DNA of 64,000 nucleotides from Alphaproteobacteria bacterium. Lineage in GTDB: Bacteria; Pseudomonadota; Alphaproteobacteria; Caulobacterales; Caulobacteraceae. Where the stretch lies: the NCBI GenBank assembly GCA_018820205.1, contig JAHJOK010000005.1, positions 69,453 to 133,452 on the forward strand. The letters run 5' to 3'. A model generated the notes under the pieces. That model was not told the DNA's origin and did no database searches. It saw only the letters and a program-made list of their open reading frames with translations. Positions 59,620-64,000 of this stretch are shown piece by piece. Positions within the stretch are counted from its first letter, which is position 1. Each line of letters begins with the position of its first letter. Made by a program: the position numbers and the translations under genes.

Positions 59620-61054
59620 ACTGTTCCCGATACGTCTGCACGATCCGCTGGGCCACGATGTTCAGCAGCAGGGTCACCACGAACAGGGTCAGGCCCAGGC
59701 CGAACGCCGCCAGGGTCTTGGGACTGTCGAACTCCTGATCGCCGGTCAGCAGGGTCACGATCTGCACCGTCACCGTGGTCACCGTGTCGAGAGGATTCAG
59801 GGTCAGGTTCGCCGCCAGGCCGGCCGCCATGGTCACGATCATGGTCTCGCCGATGGCGCGCGACATCGCCAGCAGCAGGGCGCCCGCGATCCCCGGCAGG
59901 GCGGCGGGCAACAGCACCCGCTTGACCGTCTCGGACTTGGTCGCCCCCATGGCGTACGAGCCGTCGCGCAGCGACTGGGGCACTGCATTGATGATGTCGT
60001 CGGACAGCGACGACACGAACGGGATCAGCATGATCCCCATGACCGCTCCGGCGACCAGGGCCATCTGGTTCTGCACCAGCAGCAGATACTGCCCGATTCC
60101 GTCCAGCGGCCCGCCGACCAGCAGCGCCCCGATGCCGTTGAAGAACTCACGGAAAGCCGGCCCGACGGTCAGGGCGGCGAAGAAGCCATAGACCACCGTC
60201 GGCACCCCGGCGAGAATCTCCAGCACCGGCTTGACCACGCCGCGCGACAGGGCGCTGGCGTATTCCGACAGATAGATGGCCGAGAACAGCCCGACCGGCG
60301 CCGCCACCGCCATGGCGATCAGCATGATCAGGAAGGTGCCGGCGAACAGCGGCACGGCTCCGAACGCGCCCGAGGATCCCACCTGGTCCGCGCGGATGGC
60401 GATCTGCGGGCTCCATTGCGTGCCGAACAGAAACTCCGTCACCGGCACGGCCTGGAAGAAACGCAGCGAATCCCACAGCAGCGACAGCACGATTCCGACA
60501 GTTGTCAGGATCGCCACCGCCGAACACAGGAACAGCAGGCCGCTGATCCAGCCCTCGACACGGTTCCTGGCGCGCATCCTGGGACGGATCTGGCTCCAGG
60601 CGAACAGCCCCCCCATGACCGCCGCCAGAAGCGCCGCCGCCGTTCCGCCCCACGTCAGGGTCGATGTGATTCGCGCCGACCGCGCGGCTTCGGCCGGCAG
60701 GGCCTCGCCCAACTCGCCGGACCAGGTCTGAAACGCGCGCTCGCCCTGCCCCACCAGCCGGGCGTCGTTGAAGAAGGCCTCGCGACGAAACGGCTCAAGC
60801 GCCTGCACGGCGTCAGGCGCGTCCGCCGCCACCAGGTTGTGCGCGACCGTTCCGGAAAACGCGCCGGCCAGGATCGTTAGCGCCAGGGCCGGCGCAGCCA
60901 CCCATATCAGCGCGTAGTAGCCGTGTTGCTGAGGCCGCGAATGCGGCGTCTGGCCGGACGGCAGGTCACGCGCGCGCGCTTGCGCCAGCCTGCGTCCAGC
61001 GACGTAGGCGAGCACGGCGAGGACCGCCACCACGGGAATCAGAAACCAGATCAT
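59612..61054 (-). CDS. pstC: Phosphate ABC transporter permease PstC
   Basis: 'AIYLSEY', 'LEILAGVPTVVYG', 'SRAIGETMIV'. Confidence 0.96.
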   Translation of the reverse strand: MIWFLIPVVAVLAVLAYVAGRRLAQARARDLPSGQTPHSRPQQHGYYALIWVAAPALALTILAGAFSGTVAHNLVAADAPDAVQALEPFRREAFFNDARLVGQGERAFQTWSGELGEALPAEAARSARITSTLTWGGTAAALLAAVMGGLFAWSQIRPRMRARNRVEGWISGLLFLCSAVAILTTVGIVLSLLWDSLRFFQAVPVTEFLFGTQWSPQIAIRADQVGSSGAFGAVPLFAGTFLIMLIAMAVAAPVGLFSAIYLSEYASALSRGVVKPVLEILAGVPTVVYGFFAALTVGPAFREFFNGIGALLVGGPLDGIGQYLLLVQNQMALVAGAVMGIMLIPFVSSLSDDIINAVPQSLRDGSYAMGATKSETVKRVLLPAALPGIAGALLLAMSRAIGETMIVTMAAGLAANLTLNPLDTVTTVTVQIVTLLTGDQEFDSPKTLAAFGLGLTLFVVTLLLNIVAQRIVQTYREQYD

Positions 61055-61148
61055 CAGGCCCCTTGGCGACCATGCGCCAGAATCAGAGCACGGGCCGGAC
61101 TCCCGGCGCGTCTCGGCGCGGAAACTGCCCTCGGATGGTCAGCGGATT

Positions 61149-61166
61149 AGGACGGTTCAATGACAG
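61149..61166 (-). promoter_or_regulatory. Pho box upstream of pstC
   Basis: Minus strand CTGTCAT-tgaa-CCGTCCT, matching CTGTCAT-N4-CTGTCAT. Confidence 0.8.
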
Positions 61167-61203
61167 TTCTGCAACGCTGTCCGGCCGTCTCGTCGCCTCG
61201 TGG

Positions 61204-62607
61204 TCACGCGGCCGTCTCGCGCGCCCGGACAACCGCCGCCAGCGGGAAATAAGCCGTGAAAAGCGATCCGTCGCCCGGCGCGCTTTCCACGATCATGCCG
61301 CCACGATGGCGGTTGAGAATATGCTTCACGATCGCCAGCCCCAGGCCGGTCCCGGGTCGCTCGCCGCTCTTCTGGCCCTCGACGCGATAGAACCGCTCGG
61401 TCAGGCGCGGCAGGTGTTCGCGCGCCATGCCCGGCCCGTAGTCGCGCACCATGACGGCCACATAGCGCGCATCCATCTCCCGATCGGGCGTCAGCAGCGA
61501 AAGCCGTGTCGCGCCGGGCAGTCGCGAGCCGGTCGCCGCCTCCACGTCCAGGCCCGTCCGTACGGTCAGTTCCACCGTACCGCCGACGGCCGAATATTTG
61601 ATCGCGTTGTCGGTCAGGTTCTGAATGACCTGAACAATCTCGTCCCGATCGCCGGTGATCCGCGCCTCGCCAGGATCGGCGTCCAGCAGGATGGTGACCC
61701 CCTTTTCCTGCGACAGGACGCTGACGGCGTCAACCACGTCCGCAGCGGCCCGCGACACATCGACCCGGCCCGAGGGCGGAATATGCTCGTTCAACTCGAT
61801 CCGGCTCAGCGACAACAGATCGGCGACCAGCCGGCTCATGCGTTCGGCCTGCGCCGCCATGATGTCCAGAAACCGGTCGCGCGCCTTGGGATCGTCGCGG
61901 GCATGGCCCTTCAAGGTCTCGATGAACCCGCTCAGCGACGCCAGCGGCGTGCGCAGCTCATGACTGGCGTTAGCCAGAAAATCGACCCGCATGATCTCCA
62001 TGCGCCGGACATCGGTTTCGTCACGCAGTCGCAACAGCGCCATCACGCCGCCGTCCGCCGCCGCAAGCGGCCTCACCCAGGCCTTCCAGTGACGTGACTG
62101 GGCGCCTGCGGCGGCATAGTCGGTCGTGCGGCTGACATTGCCGAACAGGGCTTCATCGACCGCCTCCAGCACATTGGGGTCGCGGATCGCCGAAACCAGC
62201 AAGGCGCCCTCGCGCTGGATCCGCAACAGGTCCCGCGCCGCCTGGTTGGCCAGGACGACCCGGCGCCCGGCGATGTCATCCGCCTCGCCCCCGCTGACGA
62301 TCAGGATCGGATCGGCCAGGGCTTCGAACACATTCTCCAGCAGGCCCGCATCCGGGACGGCCGCGGGTCCGGCGGCCGGATGACCTGGCGACGGATCGGT
62401 CAGGGGCGAGGGGTGCCGTCGACGATCGTCCAGCCAGGTCAGAGCCGCCACGATCGCGGCCCCGCTGACCAGCCACGGCGCGGATTCCGGCCGGAACGCC
62501 GCCAGCGTCAGCAGGATGACGACCGCCAGTCCGCCGACGATGCCCGTGGTCCACAGGCGCGACGAGGCCAGAGGCGCGACCGGAGATGGCGACTCGTGGA
62601 ACGGCAT
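61204..62607 (-). CDS. phoR: Phosphate regulon sensor kinase PhoR
   Basis: Two TMs, PAS, 'DFLANASHELRTPL', 'NLTDNAIKY', 'RLTERFYRV', 'GTGLGLAIVKH'. Start approximate. Confidence 0.92.
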   Translation of the reverse strand: MPFHESPSPVAPLASSRLWTTGIVGGLAVVILLTLAAFRPESAPWLVSGAAIVAALTWLDDRRRHPSPLTDPSPGHPAAGPAAVPDAGLLENVFEALADPILIVSGGEADDIAGRRVVLANQAARDLLRIQREGALLVSAIRDPNVLEAVDEALFGNVSRTTDYAAAGAQSRHWKAWVRPLAAADGGVMALLRLRDETDVRRMEIMRVDFLANASHELRTPLASLSGFIETLKGHARDDPKARDRFLDIMAAQAERMSRLVADLLSLSRIELNEHIPPSGRVDVSRAAADVVDAVSVLSQEKGVTILLDADPGEARITGDRDEIVQVIQNLTDNAIKYSAVGGTVELTVRTGLDVEAATGSRLPGATRLSLLTPDREMDARYVAVMVRDYGPGMAREHLPRLTERFYRVEGQKSGERPGTGLGLAIVKHILNRHRGGMIVESAPGDGSLFTAYFPLAAVVRARETAA

Positions 62608-62823
62608 GGGGTCGAAGGCCTCCCTGGCGACGGGCCTTGCCCGGACCCTTTTTCCTAGACCGCGGCGGCCCGGATTGTCAGCCATTTCCATCCGCACATG
62701 GCGCGGTTCCGCGACGGTCCTGTGACGCGCGGCGCTCTGACACCGGTCGCCGCCGCGCGTCATGAACCGCTTTTTCACCTCTATCGCGCACAGTGGCGTC
62801 CTGAAGTCGGGGAAGATGCGCCT

Positions 62824-64000
62824 TTGTCCTGGATCTTGAACTGCCTGGTGGTCCAGCACGACTGGCGGCTGACGCTGCTGGCCGCGCTGGTCTGCGTGGT
62901 GGGTCTGGCGACCTGCATCACCCTGATCGGCATGGCCCGTCGCAATACCTCGCGCATGGGCATGATCTATGGCGGGGTCGCCGGCCTCGTCGGCGGGCTG
63001 GCGGTCTGGGCCACCCATTTCCTGGCCATGCTGGGCTACCGCTCGGACTCTCTGATCCGTTATGCGGTCCCGGAAACCCTCGCCTCCCTCGGGATCGTCG
63101 GCATCGGCATCGGGGTCGCGGTGGCCCTCGGCAGCGGCTCCAGACTGGCCCGGATCGCCGTCGCCGTCCTGGCCGCGTCCAGCGTCTCCGCCATGCATTT
63201 CGTCGGCATGTCCGCCCTGCGGATCGACGGCGGCATGATCGTCTGGAATGTCGGCGGCGCGGTCGCGGCCGTCGGGCTCAGCATCCTGTGCGCCCTGTGC
63301 ACGGTCATCTGGCCTCAGCGCGACATCCGGTGGCGCATTCCGGCCAACACCTTCTTCGCCGTCGTCAGCGTCTGCGTCCTGCATTTCGGCGGGATGTCCG
63401 CCCTGAGCATCGTTCCCGACCCGACCGCCACCCTCCCGGCCAGCCTGATGTCCGAGAGCGGCCTGCTGCTCTGGGTCGTCGGTGGAGCGGCCACGGTGGT
63501 CGTCATGGCCGCCCTGGTCACCACCCTGGGCCTCTGGGGCCGGACCAATGCCCTGAACCAGCTGCGCCAGGCCATCGACGCCATGCCGGACGGCCTGGGC
63601 TTCTATGACGCCGAAGATCGCCTGCTGCTCTGGAACGCCCGCTACGCCGAAGTGAACCCCGAAGTCGCGCCGGCTCTCGAAGTCGGGGTCCGGTTCCGCG
63701 ACATGTTGCAGCTGGGCGTCGATCAGAACCTGTATGCCGACGCGATCGGCCGCGAGCAGGCGTGGATCGAGGAACGCCTCGCCGCACGCGGCCGCCTTTC
63801 GAACACGACGGAACAACTGGTCGCCGGCAACCGCTGGCTCCGCGTCCAGGATCGTCGCACGGCCCAGGGCGGCATCGTCACGGTCGTCAATGACATCACC
63901 GACCTGAAGCGCGACGCGGTGGCCCTGGCCACGGCGCGCGACGCCGCAGAGGCCGCCAACCGGGCCAAGTCCGAGTTCCTGGCCAATATGAGCCACGAGA
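62824..64000 (+). CDS. MHYT-PAS sensor histidine kinase, 3' end outside the window
   Basis: Not in the ORF track. Translated from TTG 62824: 'HDWRL', 'VWATHFLAMLGY', 'AMHFVGMSA', 'LHFGGMSA', PAS 'AIDAMPDG..YD.EDRL..WN', ending 'KSEFLANMSHE'. Confidence 0.88.
   Translation, partial: MSWILNCLVVQHDWRLTLLAALVCVVGLATCITLIGMARRNTSRMGMIYGGVAGLVGGLAVWATHFLAMLGYRSDSLIRYAVPETLASLGIVGIGIGVAVALGSGSRLARIAVAVLAASSVSAMHFVGMSALRIDGGMIVWNVGGAVAAVGLSILCALCTVIWPQRDIRWRIPANTFFAVVSVCVLHFGGMSALSIVPDPTATLPASLMSESGLLLWVVGGAATVVVMAALVTTLGLWGRTNALNQLRQAIDAMPDGLGFYDAEDRLLLWNARYAEVNPEVAPALEVGVRFRDMLQLGVDQNLYADAIGREQAWIEERLAARGRLSNTTEQLVAGNRWLRVQDRRTAQGGIVTVVNDITDLKRDAVALATARDAAEAANRAKSEFLANMSHE

Noticed and set aside
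55908-62607. Missing pstS as a sign of operon decay
   Set aside because: In Caulobacter pstS lies apart from pstCAB-phoU-phoB, so its absence here is expected.
62608-63996. 930-aa PhoR with a long N-terminal extension
   Set aside because: The extension is the antisense shadow of the MHYT kinase; PhoR-like sequence starts near 62607.

Overview
High-GC alphaproteobacterial DNA; gene content and order point to Caulobacteraceae, probably Brevundimonas-like (inference). Six blocks. (1) 1-17.3 kb, a general-stress-type island: di-heme cytochrome c, cytochrome b561, CtaG, a TonB receptor, paoABC with xdhC/mocA, a degraded FAD-oxidoreductase remnant, a GT4 + amylo-alpha-1,6-glucosidase pair, and Ku/LigD. 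Most of these units are preceded by EcfG/SigT-like GGAAC-N16-CGTT motifs. (2) 17.5-29.8 kb: a secreted GDPD and LamG-like gene pair, then a 2368-aa Ig-repeat autotransporter divergent from three phage-tail-collar paralogues, a GNAT and a DUF6916-like gene. That small cassette is bracketed by an identical 13-bp inverted motif and is the best candidate here for an undescribed system. (3) 29.8-43.5 kb: MFS/ROK pair, an ECF sigma-FecR-TonB transducer-M16 peptidase module with a shared TGTCGG-N16-CGTCT promoter, and a DUF3857-transglutaminase-TPR protein. (4) 43.7-52.6 kb: sugar-utilisation locus (ExuT-like MFS, GH43, Tat Gfo oxidoreductase, ACS-type MFS, GH3, Tat lactonase) with LacI-type operators. 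(5) Two secreted TPR proteins. (6) phoR-pstCAB-phoU-phoB, where pstB carries an in-frame TGA in its ABC signature, then a partial MHYT-PAS histidine kinase. No rRNA, tRNA, CRISPR array, transposase or integrase was recognised. All family calls come from motif recognition by eye, not database searches.
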